Source: Octopus bimaculoides
Taxonomy: Eukaryota
Direction: 5' to 3'
DNA: 64,000 bases
Assembly (NCBI RefSeq): GCF_001194135.2
Contig: NC_068989.1
Span: forward strand, 10,903,652 to 10,967,651
The notes beneath the pieces are model-generated. The model saw only the letters and a program-made list of their open reading frames with translations. It was not told the origin of the DNA and did no database searches. Positions 10,402 through 23,972 of this stretch are shown here, in pieces. Numbering within the stretch: position 1 is the first letter of the stretch; each line of letters starts with the position of its first letter. A program made the translations under genes and the position numbers.

Positions 10402-13400
10402 GGTGATTAGAACCTGTTCGATCCTAAACGACTAGATAAAGATATTTCCAAGCGTGATCCACCCGCCCTTTTTTTTTATGTGTATGTTGGATCGTTTTAT
10501 CTTACGCGTCCTTTTATTTGTTTAAAATATTTCATTCCGAAACAACTTTCGTAATGTAGACCTAAGTTAAGAACATGAATCGATCACACCCCCACCCTCG
10601 CCCACCGAATGATACCCCCCGAATGTCTATTTGTATAAACGACAATTAATGACAGTTCGTTGATGAGAAGAAAGTGAAAATGTGGGAACAATTGTATCCT
10701 GAATAATGTACGAATAATACTCGGATAAGACACTGAAATCTAAAAGAGTCGAATATATTACATGCCGAAGGGTAGATGTATGCATAAACAATACGGGCAA
10801 TTAATTAATTCAATTAACATCATATAACCAATACTGATATGTGGATATCCTTTTCAAGAGTATAAAATGTGGTGATCATATAATTACAGGTAGAAAGCGG
10901 AAAGGATATAGCAATAACGATATATGTCAAGGGGTACGTAACATTATAGTAACATGAAACAACAGGTATTAAGCGGGTATATTATAATGATAATTATTAT
11001 AATTATATANNNNNNNNNNATATATTCCTTACCTGAGCACGGTAGCATCCTTATAAAACAGTGGCAGGTAAATCGAAGCTGATGGTGACGATGAAGCTTT
11101 GTATTATTAATGTTTCTGTTATTATTATAATTTGAAGAAGTAGTAGTATTATTATTACTACTTCTACTATAACGATTACGACTACAAAACTACTACAATA
11201 ACAACAACAACAACCACCACTACTACTACGGTAATACTACTACTGTTACTATTGGTAAGAGGAGTAGTTGTAACGTTTGTGAAAAGTCGTTACTGAACTG
11301 AAAAGCGTGTTAACTGACAAACGTTACGGTAGAAGCTTATTTGTCTAGTTAAAAACACATCTATCTGCAAGGCTGATTCAGTGCAGGAGAGCAGTTAAAC
11401 CATAGATTCTAGACTGGCATCACCAAGAAAGTAGGTCATAGTGATGAGATAACTAGTTTGGGAAGCGGCAATGGTTTTAAATGAGCTGGTGCGGGCCCGT
11501 GGGAGCAAGAGTAGCTAGTGAGGACTGCACGAATTTTGCTCAAGCTGGGAACTGATAGAATGATGTCCGGATATATCAGTCAAAGGAAATAAAATCGTTG
11601 CAACAATTGTATGCAATGGTAGTTTAGTTTGTTAAGCTGGCAGGCTGGTAGGCTGGATGGGTGAGATGGGTGAATGCTTAGCTGACTAGCTGGCCGACTG
11701 ACTGGCCAACTGACTGGCGGGCGGGCGGGTTGGCTGCTCGGTCAATCATTCGTTGTTTAATATAGAATTACTCTGCGGGATGATGACGTGGTGATGAATG
11801 ACGTTGGTGGGGTGGGTGGGGGTATGGGTAATATATCTATGAATCTGCTTCTCTTCAAGTTCTTCGTATATGCAGAGCGTGGGTGGTTGCAGACAAAAAT
11901 TCCTATTTTTTTTCTTTCTTTTTTCTTTTTGTCGAAGGCGGTGTGGGAGGCGTTTTCGATTTCTCTGTTCTAAATCATTTTGATGGGGAGTTTAATTTCT
12001 TTAAGTTTATGCTGGGCTGTACGATCCTTCAATTTGTTTTTGCTGTTTTGTTTCGAAACGAAAGAGTCGGTTAGAAAATTTTGTTGATTAAAAAGAAAAC
12101 AGATAGCTAAACTAAAATTAAACTTTCGTTAAAATTTTGGCATATTTGACCAAATTAGCGGACATTCCTCAAATACAAAGGTACTCAAAACCTTAGTTTC
12201 TGCAGAATTTGAGATTTTTGATAAGATTAATATAGACAGAACAGATTTAGTAGTCACAGGTGATAGCGCTGATTAGCAACTACCAAAAGAAATTAACCTT
12301 CTCAACCACAGCTTGGAAAATTTTCGATTTAAATAGTATAATTTTGGAGGAACCGAAGTTATATATTTTGGGTATTGTTACAGCATGGTATATGTGACAG
12401 AAAACTAGTCTACAATTTCTCTTTTTGTGATATAATTAAAGAGTGGGGAAATTATTCTTGAATGGGAGTGTAAAGCCGATTGCAGAGTCATAGCAACAAA
12501 ATATTATGTCTCCTTTATAGCATTCTCAACTCGTAACTATTGGTTGGTTTACAAGAATAAAGTTTAGTTGGGTGCTATTTTGCAGTGGTTTAAATTCAAG
12601 TATGGATAGTGAAACTGATTAATTTCTTCAAAATGGTTATTTTTTAAGCAGAAAAGAATAAATGAAAATGGAAAACTGCGAAGTTCTTTTCAAGAGACAC
12701 AAGTAATACAAAGCAGATGAAAAAGGCATTGATTAGGGACTAAATTATTTTCAATTTTGGTTTACAGTAAACCTATTTGTCAAGAATTGTATAAAATATC
12801 TGGATTTGAAACTACCGAGACTTCAGCATACTGCTAACCCATTATGCCACCTTGCAAAACTCCAACTAATGTTGTCTATTCTCATTACAATTGAATTGAA
12901 TTATATCAACGCTTACCGTGAATATGGTTAATATCTATATTAGATGCAAAATAATAACCATTTTTAACTGGATTGTCGAAACTTCGAAACCAGATTCCTA
13001 GTTCGTTCAACATTATTCGGCTAGGTTTATGTATGTCACTAATACATTGAATAATTTTGTCATTGATTCGGATTAGAATCATCAGAGAAACTAACATTGA
13101 AATTGAGAAATGATCCTTTTTTTCTTTTCTTCTTTTTTGCGATTACCATTTTCCCGAAGATCACAGCGTATTTGTCCACTTAGATCTCTTAGCACAAATT
13201 TTTCGCTATTGGCCATTTTTATTTTTCGCTCAATTAAAACTAATAATTTCCAGAAGCATTGAAAACAATTGTCAGATCATTAACACATTACTGGGTCGAT
13301 AAACTGATGAAGTAACAAACTACGTGAACTCGAATCAGTGAACTGCTTCTCTATTCTCAGAAAGCAAGTTCTTTCTTCTAGTTAAAAAAATTAATTCTTT

Positions 13401-14098
13401 CAATAATTAATTACACGAAATTAGAAATGGTTGTAAATACAAAGCTTCTTATGTAATAAGACGTTGACATCTTTCGAGTGAAAGGATTCCTGGAAATATT
13501 TGCTAATTAGGCACCATTCCAATTACTCTTGTAAGTAAAATGAAACTAAGATTGACAAACAGAGTTTTCCTTCATTTACGAGTCAAACTAAGCAAATGAT
13601 TAGGATTGATATAAGGAAAATGTGAGGTGGGTACATTAAAAATCAGATATGTGAGAACAACATACAAAATCATTGTTTTATATTAGTAACTTAATGAAAA
13701 GACTCGAGACTGTTTTAATATATATATATGTATATATATGTCCAAATTTGGGCAAATGCGTTTATTTTTTTCAATATTTAATTTTGCTTGCAATAGCCGA
13801 TCTCCAGCTGCTTCAGATGAAAATTGTCAAAGTGTAGTACAACGGTTTAGCATTTTTCAAAAGTATAGTAAGCCCCACATACGACAGTTTAGCAAAAATA
13901 TTTCTGGCTGAAAATATCATGGAGTTGCGATTTTATGCACTCAACAAAGTATTTTTGTTAAGCTGAAACTGTTGGTAATGTAAAAAAAAAAAAAATGGAA
14001 TGGTGAAACTATATTTTCGTTTTCTGAAAAAGCAACGTATTGGACTCACGACCCTTGCGTAATAGCAACGATATATACATAGAGAGATAGATATATAG

Positions 14099-14136
<38 letters not shown>

Positions 14137-14853
14137 GCGTGCGTGTGTGTGTGTGTGTGCGTGTGTGCGTGTGTGTGTGTGTGTGTGTGCGTGTGTGTAT
14201 GTGTGCGTGTGTGTGTGTGTGTATACAGAGAGAGAGAAATAATCAGGTTTAGGAAGATAGTATCATGACAAACATGTACAACGAAAACGGAAAGACAATT
14301 CAAAACAATTCCAAGTTACAATGATGTAAATACATAATTCATTCTATAACTTCACTGGATACGAAGATTAAAGTTGTTCTTTTTTTTTTTCAATCTACGG
14401 AGAAATGTCTAAATTAGCCCTGTTTGTACATACATTATATCATATCTTGATATTGTGTGCATCGAGGTCCTTATTGACGGGCTCCTGATATTTAAAATAA
14501 AGTATTAACACTTACATTATGCAAATTAGCAGCTCCACTTTTCTGTAGCTACTGTAATTGTTGTGAATATAAACAGATTAGCTGATTGCCTCTCTGGGAT
14601 TGGTATAATTGATGTAGACGCCTCTGATGAGAATCCATAGCATTAGAAAATCGATTGAGGCTGTTCGTTTCTTTTCGGTCAACAGAGAAACAGCTAAATT
14701 AAGCCATCTTTCTATATGTACTATACAGGTTACATAAAGTATATGCAATAGTAGAGCAAAAATTTACATCGTAACTGAGATGCATTTAGTTCTTAATGTA
14801 AATTTCAGTGAATCGAGGACATATGCATATTCTTTTACAAAACAAATCGAGTA

Positions 14854-15739
14854 CAGTAATCACTCGCCATATCGCGGTTCACCTATTGCACCTTCATTAC
14901 ATCACGTATTTTATATATATATATATGTTGATTTATATCGCGAACTCATCGCGGGTTTCTGCAGGTGATAGGTATTTACATTTTTTTTTTTAGATCTTTA
15001 ACTATTTCTGTAGTAAAATAAGAATTATTGCGCCTAAGAATTAATATATTATTAATAAATTAATAAATATACAGTACAGTACTGCACTGTATAACACATT
15101 AATTAAAATATATTAAAAGGAAATTCGTTGTGCACCATAGATGAATGAAAAAAGAATCGCACATACAGTATGGAAAACGAAACTCCTAAGAGTGTGGGGA
15201 AATTTTATTAAAGTTTAAGTATATAAAAATAATAAAATAAATATATACAAATTATAAAATTAATTTTTAAAAATCTACAGTACTATTTCTTATTTCTTTA
15301 TTGCTCACAAGGGCTAAACGTCCCTCGTAACTTAGCAGTTCGGTAAAAGACCCGATAGAATAAATAGTAGGCCCTCGAAGAATGAGTCCTGGGTTTGTTC
15401 GACTAAAAGGCGAATAAATCATATTAATATATTTATTTCTTTATTGCCCACAAGGGAATAAACGTGGAGAGGACAAACAAGGACAGACAAAGGGATTAAG
15501 TCGATTAAATTGACCCCAGTGCGTAACTGGTACTTAATTTATCGACCCCGAAAAGATGAAAGGCAAAGTCGACCTCGGCGGAATTTGAACCCAGAACGTA
15601 ACGGCAGACGAAATACTGCTAAGCATTTCGCCTGGCGTGCTAACGTTTCTGCCAGCTCGCCTACAGTTCTATTTCTGCTTCGCAGATTTTCACCTATCGC
15701 AGGGGGTTTGTGATAATCGCGATAGTCGTGAGATTATTG
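14854..15739. mobile_element. Tigger/pogo-like non-autonomous DNA transposon with nested SINEs
   Basis: Imperfect TIRs CAGTAATCACTCGCCATATCGCG and (reverse complement) CAATAATCTCACGACTATCGCG, with TA on both sides (14852-53, 15740-41). A related end lies at 40914-41090. Confidence 0.65.
15432..15660 (-). mobile_element. SINE family A, subfamily with CCCTTGTGGGCAATAAAGAAATA tail
   Basis: High similarity to 23298-23531 and 57652-57882. Confidence 0.9.
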
Positions 15740-15947
15740 TATATCTATGTTCTTGATGTTTTGAATATTTCCCAACATGAACAAGGTGTATATAAACAGT
15801 AAGATTGTCCTCCTAGAACTGTGTCTATTGTCCAGTTATGAAGACTTTACGCGTCGGTATATTTCTATCAACGTCTAACTGCTAGAAACAGGATCCCTTG
15901 TTTATCTGTAATTTTACTGGCTTCAGTCACTGAAGTGCTGCCATACT

Positions 15948-16143
15948 AAATTTAGGAAATGGAGTAGATAAAATCCAGGCTGCATATGTTTCCCAGCCAG
16001 TAGAAGCTCGGAAATAGTAATTACTCAAACGAGGTGTACTCATCAGCACCTCGCTCCCTCGTTTGGGTAATTACTACTTCCGAGGTTCTGCTAGCTCGGA
16101 AATATATGTAGCGTGGATTTTATCTGCTCCATTTCCTAAATTT
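15948..16143. repeat. Long inverted repeat (87-nt arms, 22-nt spacer)
   Basis: 15948-16034 aligns without gaps to the reverse complement of 16057-16143 at 77/87 positions (hand count). Confidence 0.95.
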
Positions 16144-18023
16144 GGATTTTTATTCGCATATACAGCAACCCCAGTTGCTAACCATAAACTATAAAATAAC
16201 TTTTTTCAGCTTATTGAACTTCGATATGGGAAAAATTTACAACATTCTACGTCAATAAACCACTTTGATCCTTGAATCTTACCTTTACATATTACTGCAT
16301 ATATAGATATATATAGATATAGATACATATAGATATAGATATATATAGATATAGATATATTTATATTTATATATACGTGTCTATATCTATTCGCGTATGA
16401 CCGTGTGAAAATATAAAATTTCGCATCAGAAGTTAAACATAAAGTCTTGTACATTCAATATCTATCTTGAAATGTTATTTAAATTTATATCTGAAAATAT
16501 ATATATTCAAAGTTCAATCGATAAAACCTAATACAAAACTGAAATATATCAGATATCTTTATCAAAAGTATCTTGTCTAAATCTTCTACATTAACAGTTC
16601 TAGTTCTATGAAATTCAAAATATCTCCAAATATTTCACCAGCTTTAATAAACGTGAAGTCTTGCGGCTGTTTTCTATCATACTACCGATTGCTAGCAACC
16701 ATGATTCCCTGGCTGCCATCGTTCTAACTATGGGGCAGCCATGAACAGTGACGAAATTTGTTAGAATAAAGGAAAACAATTTCATTGTCCAATTGCCTAA
16801 AAGGAAGGAACCGGAAGTTCGAGTAACGATTAGTGTGTCAGGTTTAGTGATAACTTTCACACAGTTACAACATATTATGGCGTTTCTAATACTGCAATTA
16901 CATGCATTTAGGCTGCAACTTTGACGGTGTTGTTCGGCTGTCTGAATAATACAAGTTTGGATTGCAGTCATCTCTATGACTTGAAGGAAATTTTGACAGA
17001 TTTGCTACTCTGTATTAATAACTTAAATGCTGCTGTTGGAACGGTGCACAGTTTATTGAGCGTTAAAATGTTACAGTTACAATTTACTGCGTATGTATGT
17101 GTGTGTGCGCGTGCGTGTGTGTTTGTGCGATTGTGTGGGTGTGCGTATGTGAAAGAGTGTTTTTCTGTTGGTGGATTTGTGTGCTTACGTCTGGGTGCAT
17201 CAGTGCAGCATTTTTAGTTAATGCATGAGATAAAAATGGACGATGTGCACAGGTCATGAACTACAGACGATGCATTCTGGGTATATTAGTGTCGCAAATT
17301 AATACTGAATAATCGTCGAGAGAGACAGAGAAATTTGGTGCGTGTATTTGAGCGTGCGTGGGTATATTATACCTATACATTTTTATGCATGTGTGAGTGT
17401 GTGTACTAGATGCTACTGAGAAGTGTCGTTTCAACAATTTTTTTAGGGCAACTTAATAAAATGTTCCCACTAACAAAATGAAACCTCTTACAGATATCTT
17501 TTATATAATATATTTATATTGAAATATGTTCTAGATTAATCCTCAAATAGACCACCATGATCTTATACAAATCTAAGGAGCATTGATGTATGATTTCATA
17601 GGATACCAGACCAGCGTTCTTTAATTGAATTATCAGAAAAACAATTAATTAGGTTTCAATGGCGCAGATTATCTAGCTGCTGGGAGGTAATCAGTAAAAT
17701 TGACAGATGATATATATCAGTTTGCAATACTGAATTCAGAAACGTTATCAGTAATAAATAGCATCATATACATGGGGAGATTGCCTCGGGGTTCAGAAAC
17801 CGGAGATAAGAGTTGGCCTAGTAAACCGCGGAGCTCCGTGAAAGGAAATTATAAAATGCAAGGAAAAAAAAGACGATATAATTATAAGAAGCTGATTTAT
17901 CTAAATAAAGAATATTCCATTTTAACCCTTTGGTCCAGTAAGTATGCTTTAACGGGTGTGATTTCGTTTGACCTCCACCATAGGAAGACTTAAAAGCGGG
18001 CACTCATATGGTTCTGTTTACAG

Positions 18024-18058
18024 ATGAAAATAAAGATATCCTTACCAATTGGCAAGCA
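18024..18058 (+). CDS. Candidate 35-nt exon of an unidentified gene (xENKDILTNWQA)
   Basis: Acceptor TTCTGTTTACAG, donor GCA|GTAAGC, open frame, unique sequence. No homology recognised. Confidence 0.2.
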
Positions 18059-18448
18059 GTAAGCACAAAACCATATCCGCCTGCTTTTGCGTTTTCTAGG
18101 TGAGAGTCAAATGAAATCATATCCGTCTAAAAGCATATTCACGGGTTCAAAATGTTATAAGAAAATAACATCAGAAAAACAAAATTGAGTTTAAGGGGTA
18201 TAGGAACATGTGGTTTAATCTCTTCTTTGCTATGTACACAATGATTCGAACCACCGAAAGAACTACAATTTCTGGGTCACTTATATTTCGACAGCTAATT
18301 CCTGATCTCATAAATTGACATGTATTCTGTGGACCAAAATCTTTTTCTTGTCGTGTTCACTGAATGGTGATGAAAGAAATGGTGTCACAGTGTTCAAACT
18401 ACGGTCTTCGCTCCTTCAAACAAACGATTTAAAAAGAGAAAGGGGCAG

Positions 18449-18492
<44 letters not shown>

Positions 18493-18499
<7 letters not shown>

Positions 18500-18645
18500 T
18501 ATTGCTGATCCTTTATTTGTCGACTCCGAAGAAATGAAAGAAAAGTTGGCCTCGGCAGGTTTTGAACTCAGAGCGTAGAATGCAAAAACAAACAAAGCAA
18601 CAAATTCTATCCGTTGCTCTAACTACTCCGCCACTTTCCCCTCCT
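18493..18645 (-). mobile_element. SINE family A, degraded
   Basis: GAAAGAAAAGTTGGCCTCGGCAGGTTTTGAACTCAGAGCG core/B-box. Confidence 0.65.
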
Positions 18646-18750
18646 TATAAACCAAAATAAGACAAACTAAATAGCGGTGTTCCTTGACGACAACAAACAT
18701 TCTTCCCTGGTAACTTATTTTCCATACTAAAACACTGAGTTATTTTTTAT

Positions 18751-19175
18751 CTTTTATTCGTTTCAGTCATTGGACTGTGGCCATGCTGGGGCACCACATT
18801 GAAGAGTTTAGTCAAACAAACCGACCCTCCCTCCACTCCAGTGCTTATTTTCAAACCTGGTACTGATTCTATCGTTCCATTTTGTCGTACCGCTAAGATA
18901 CGTGAACGTAAATAAATAAATAAACATCGGTTGTCAAGGGGTTGTGAGAGCAACATAAAACAAAAGACACACACATATACATACATACACATACACACAC
19001 ACAAATACGTGACATGCTTCCACACAGTTTCCGTCAACCGAATTCACTTACAAGGCGTTCGTCGAACGGGCTCTATAGTAGAAGACATTCGTCCAATGTT
19101 TGCCGCGCAGTGGGATCGGATCGAACCTGAAACCATGTGGTTACAAAGCAAACTCCTCAACTACACAGCCATGTC
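18751..19175 (-). mobile_element. SINE family B, full length, degraded
   Basis: Head, central (CA)n and tail are collinear with 42451-42830. Confidence 0.85.
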
Positions 19176-19294
19176 AGAGCCTATTTGTCATACTCGAAGA
19201 TATCGGAGAATCGATTTCACATCAATCTATAAATCGTTTAAGTGAAGAGTTACCGTCGACTGAATCTTTCTCTCTCTGTCTCTCTCTGTCTCTG

Positions 19295-19343
<49 letters not shown>

Positions 19344-19821
19344 TTCTTTCTTTCTTTCTCTCTCTCTCTCTCTCTTTCTCTCGACGATCCAGAGATGAAA
19401 GAAGTTAAGGTCAACATAGGCAGTTCTTGAACTCAGAATGTGGATGAATAAAGATAACTTTTTATTATGCATTTAAAGCAAGATTCAATCGTTATTCCCA
19501 CATCACTACTCTCTTTCTTGCTTGCTTTCTTTCTTTTTCTTTTCTTTCTCATTCTCTCGCCATCATTCTCTACATACGTATACGTGTGTGTGTGTGTCAG
19601 TGTGTGTGTGTGTATGGGTGGATTTGTGAGCGTTCATGCGAAATAAATACATACATACACATACACACACATACATATATACATATGTATACATATACAT
19701 ACATACAAATATATATAAATATATAAATGCATATATATTATTACAAATTTGGGATTTGTATATATATATATATATATTCATATATATACACACAAACTCA
19801 TTCCTACATATACATATAAAC

Positions 19822-19879
<58 letters not shown>

Positions 19880-20579
19880 CATAAACATACATGTATGTAT
19901 GTATTTATGCATGTATGTGTGTGTGAGTGCATGTATGTATGTATGTATGTATGTATGTATGTTGCTTCAAGTATCTCAGGTTGAAGAAAATTACTTGACG
20001 ACCCCGCCCAGATTCCATTCACTGACGTTGCTTCTGTTTACCGTTCGAGAACGTATATTTACTCAGTATATTTACTGAGATCACTAAATAGGATTTACAT
20101 TTCCCCTCCCCCTCATCTTATCCCTTACCGCCCACAAATATCTAGTCACACTACGGTGGTGGTATTTGTGGTGGTGTTTGTGGTGCTTGTGGTGGCGGCG
20201 GTGGNNNNNNNNNNNNNNNNNNNNNNNNNNNNNNNNNNNNNNNNNNNNNNNNNNNNNNNNNNNNNNNNNNNNNNNNNNNNNNNNNNNNNNNNNNNNNNNN
20301 NNNNNNNNNNNNNNNNNNNNNNNNNNNNNNNNNNNNNNNNNNNNNNNNNNNNNNNNNNNNNNNNNNNNNNNNNNNNNNNNNNNNNNNNNNNNNTTGATAA
20401 CATCCTTCTCGCTTCTTCTTCTGCAACTACTGTTACTATTACTACTACTACCATCACCACCATCATCACCACCTCCACCACCACCACCACCACCACCACC
20501 ACCATCATCACCATCACTACCACCACCACCACCATCACAACTATTCTTTTGTTCTCTTCTTTCTCTTATTATTATTTGT

Positions 20580-21007
20580 TTCAAATATAGGCACAAAGCC
20601 AGCAAACTCGAGATGAAGGTTTTTCTCGATATCATCGACCCCAATACTTCAACGGTACCTTATTTTATCGACCCTAGAAGGATAAAAAAAAAATCAAAGT
20701 TGACCTCAGTGGGATTTGAACTCAGAATGTAAGTGCTTGGAGTAAGTGACGAAAAGTAACTTTCCCTCGCTTTAACGATTCTGCCAGCTTACCGCCTTAA
20801 TTGGTTCTTATTTAAGCACGATACCAACTATTTTGAGCGGATTGGGTAAGTGGATTGGGTTAGTTATCGACTCCATATATGGCTGGTACTTTATTTTATC
20901 AATCCAGAAGGAATGAAACCAAAATTGACTTCGGCGGGATCTGAACTCAGAACGCCGGAAGATATACCGCAAGGTATTTTTCCAATATCCTAATGATTCG
21001 GCCAGTA
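20580..21007 (-). mobile_element. Two tandem degraded SINE family A copies
   Basis: Two TTGAACTCAGAA/CTGAACTCAGAA B-box regions, each with core and ATTCTGCCAG/ATTCGGCCAG head. Confidence 0.75.
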
Positions 21008-21549
21008 TTCTGCATTCACTGTTATTACTGATAATATCAACTGGGTGGCAGATTGTTCAATGTGTTCTTTCAAGTAAGGTGTGATTTCAGGAAAACATGG
21101 CTGTTATTTCCAGCAGATCAAGAGTGCGCGCGTAGAAGCTCCTGTCCTGAGAAATTATTACTCGTAAGAAATTACAATCAGTAATATACAGCGGTGATTT
21201 TGCCAAGTCGTTAAAACATTGAAAAGATTACCTTTCGATAGTTGCTCCAGCTTAAATCATACTGAAGATTTCCAAAAAGAATGAAATAGTGCAATACATG
21301 AATACCACTAACTAGAAATTGTAAGAACTTCGTAATAGATAAATCTTATAAATCCTCTAAATCCTTAATTTCAAATTCAAATTTCTAATTCCGTTTCGTG
21401 TCATGAGCAAATGGTTATCCTCCCTGAATTAACGGTCATAAGAGGGCATCACATATAGAATTAGTATAAATATTATTATAAAAAATTATTATTATAAAGA
21501 AAATTTTCCCATTTTTGGTGAGTATGTCTTTAATATCTACCATAGACGG

Positions 21550-21740
21550 AAGAAGGCTACAAATTCGAGGAAAAGGTGTTGACAATCAGATCAACTCCAC
21601 TACTTGACTAGTACTTAATTTTGTCGAGTCTCGGAAGCAGGAGATGCAAAGTTGGTCTCTGTGTAATTTGAACTCAGAACATATAGGACCATAACTAAAT
21701 ATCTCGTGGCAATTTGTTCACCACTCTGCGATTTGTTGAG
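21550..21740 (-). mobile_element. Old SINE family A-like copy
   Basis: AGTACTTAATTTTGTCGA...GCAAAGTTGG...AATTTGAACTCAGAAC. Confidence 0.5.
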
Positions 21741-21797
21741 AGGCCCAAGACAAGGTAAAACATACTCAACAATACCCTCCTTTTCTGCCAACATCTA

Positions 21798-22012
21798 CGA
21801 AGGTGCTGAAACGTTCCTGGCTTTAAGGGTGTCGCGAAAGGCCTGGCTGGAGGCCCAACCTTCCAAGTTCTTTAACAAGGCTTAGAAAAACTGAAGGACT
21901 GCTGCAATAAGTGTGTGACTCTGAGAGGGGAATATGCTGAATAAAACTATAATTAACAGATCATTGTGTATTTTCTTTTACCCAAAGCCGGCAACTTTTC
22001 AGCAAGCCCTCG
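21798..22012 (+). mobile_element. Mariner-derived MITE
   Basis: TIRs CGAAGGTGCTGAAACGTTCCTGGCTTT and AAAGCCGGCAACTTTTCAGCAAGCCCTCG with TA on both sides. The interior encodes a mariner C-terminal remnant (GLEKLKDCCNKCVTLRGEYAE*). Confidence 0.85.
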
Positions 22013-23297
22013 TACATATTTTGGCCTTCTGTTTCTGTTAGTAATCATTACAGCATCGGTTAAAATGTCTTCTGCTATTTTAATCAAACGTCCCTTAACG
22101 TTCCTGGTTCAGTTCCCACTGGGGTTAATTTTGAGCTTTGTTTAGAATAATTATAATTATTCATTTTCTCCATGTTTTTCTTCTTATTTTTCTTCTACCA
22201 TTTTCTCTTCTTTTCCACGGCTTTTCCTTCGTCATCGCCATAGTCATCGCTGTTGTAATTGTATAACTAACTCCTTGACGTTCCGAGTTGAACGTATCAG
22301 ATTGGATTATTATTTCTACTTTGTGCTCACGCGCGTTGGAATCAGTGTATATACGTGGGTGTCGTGCGTGTATCACTATGAGCGTGTACGCATGAATCTT
22401 TGCGTATGTGCGTGCATGTGTGTGTGTGGATGTGTAGGGGTGTGTGTGTGTAATGATAACTGTAACATTTTTACTTTGGAGTAGGTAACAGCAAATAATC
22501 GGTGGTTATGCGGAGAGAAACCAATGAGGTCGGTGGTGAAGAAAAAAAAGAAATAAAATATAAAAGATTAGATGAGTTGATGTCAAGGGAGGTGTGTTGG
22601 GCCGGGATGGGTGGAGCTAGCTGTTTAGTTTTGATGTTTACATAAGAAGACGATCTTCTCTTACGCTCATATATTACACATTTATGAACATTTCATTTCT
22701 GTGCGTATGTACAACTACACACACATATATNNNNNNNNNNNNNNNNNNNNNNNNNNNNNNNNNNNNNNNNNNNNNNNNNNNNNNNNNNNNNNNNNNNNNN
22801 NNNNNNNNNNNNNNNNNNNNNNNNNNNNNNNNNNNNNNNNNNNNNNNNNNNNNNNNNNNNNNNNNNNNNNNNNNNNNNNNNNNNNNNNNNNNNNNNNNNN
22901 NNNNNNNNNNNNNNNNNNNNNNNNNNNNNNNNNNNNNNNNNNNNNNNNNNNNNNNNNNNNNNNNNNNNNNNNNNNNNNNNNNNNNNNNNNNNNNNNNNNN
23001 NNNNNNNNNNNNNNNNNNNNNNNNNNNNNNNNNNNNNNNNNNNNNNNNNNNNNNNNNNNNNNNNNNNNNNNNNNNNNNNNNNNNNNNNNNNNNNNNNNNN
23101 NNNNNNNNNNNNNNNNNNNNNNNNNNNNNNNNNNNNNNNNNNNNNNNNNNNNNNNNNNNNNNNNNNNNNNNNNNNNNNNNNNNNNNNNNNNNNNNNNNNN
23201 NNNNNNNNNNNNNNNNNNNNNNNNNNNNNNNNNNNNNNNNNNNNNNNNNNNNNNNNNNNNNNNNNNNNNNNNNNNNNNNAGATAGATAGATAGATAA

Positions 23298-23531
23298 GGC
23301 AGCGAGCTGGCAGAATCGTTAGCACGCCGGGCGAAATGCTTGGCGGTATTTCGTCTGCCGTTACGTTCTGAGTTCAAATTCCGTCGAGGTTGACTTTGCT
23401 TTTCATCCTTTCGGGGTCGATAAATTAAGTACCACTTACGCACTGGGGTCGATGTAATGGACTTAATCCCTTTGTGTGTCATTGTTTGTCACCTCTATGT
23501 TTAGTCCCTTGTGGGCAATAAAGAAATAAGA
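23298..23531 (+). mobile_element. SINE family A, full length, inserted in (GATA)n
   Basis: Complete head (GGCAGCGAGCTGGCAGAATCG), B-box, core and tail. Confidence 0.9.
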
Positions 23532-23928
23532 TAGATAGATAGATAGATAAATAGAGAGAGATAGATAGATAGATCTGTGGTTGTATATCTATGTGTGCAC
23601 GTAGAGAGAGAGAGTGTGTGTGAGTGAGTGAGAGATTGAGGAAATGATGATAATAGATAGGTCTAGAAATAACGGATAGATATACATATATTAATGCTTG
23701 AATACATACATACATACATACATACATACACGCAGAAGAAGAATATAGATAAATCGATTGATCGATTGAGATAACGCGAAAGTCAACGAAAAAGAAATGA
23801 GAGGAAAAACTGTGAGAGAGTTGTATATGCAGTTACAAATTGCCTAACATTGTTATCAGACATTCTGACTATTGTCTTCCTTTTCCTCATTTGATTCTTG
23901 CAGAGTGAGTAAAATCAACATAACCTCT

Positions 23929-23972
<44 letters not shown>

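Noticed and set aside
11033-12934. Minus-strand donors at 11033 (CAG|GTAAGG) and a possible 18-nt exon at 12917-12934
   Set aside because: Roughly ten GGTAAG sites per strand are expected by chance (my estimate). Acceptors are ambiguous and no peptide is recognisable.
16615-16971. 118-aa minus-strand ORF in unique sequence
   Set aside because: No motif, no convincing splice sites, starts at an alternative codon; compatible with chance.
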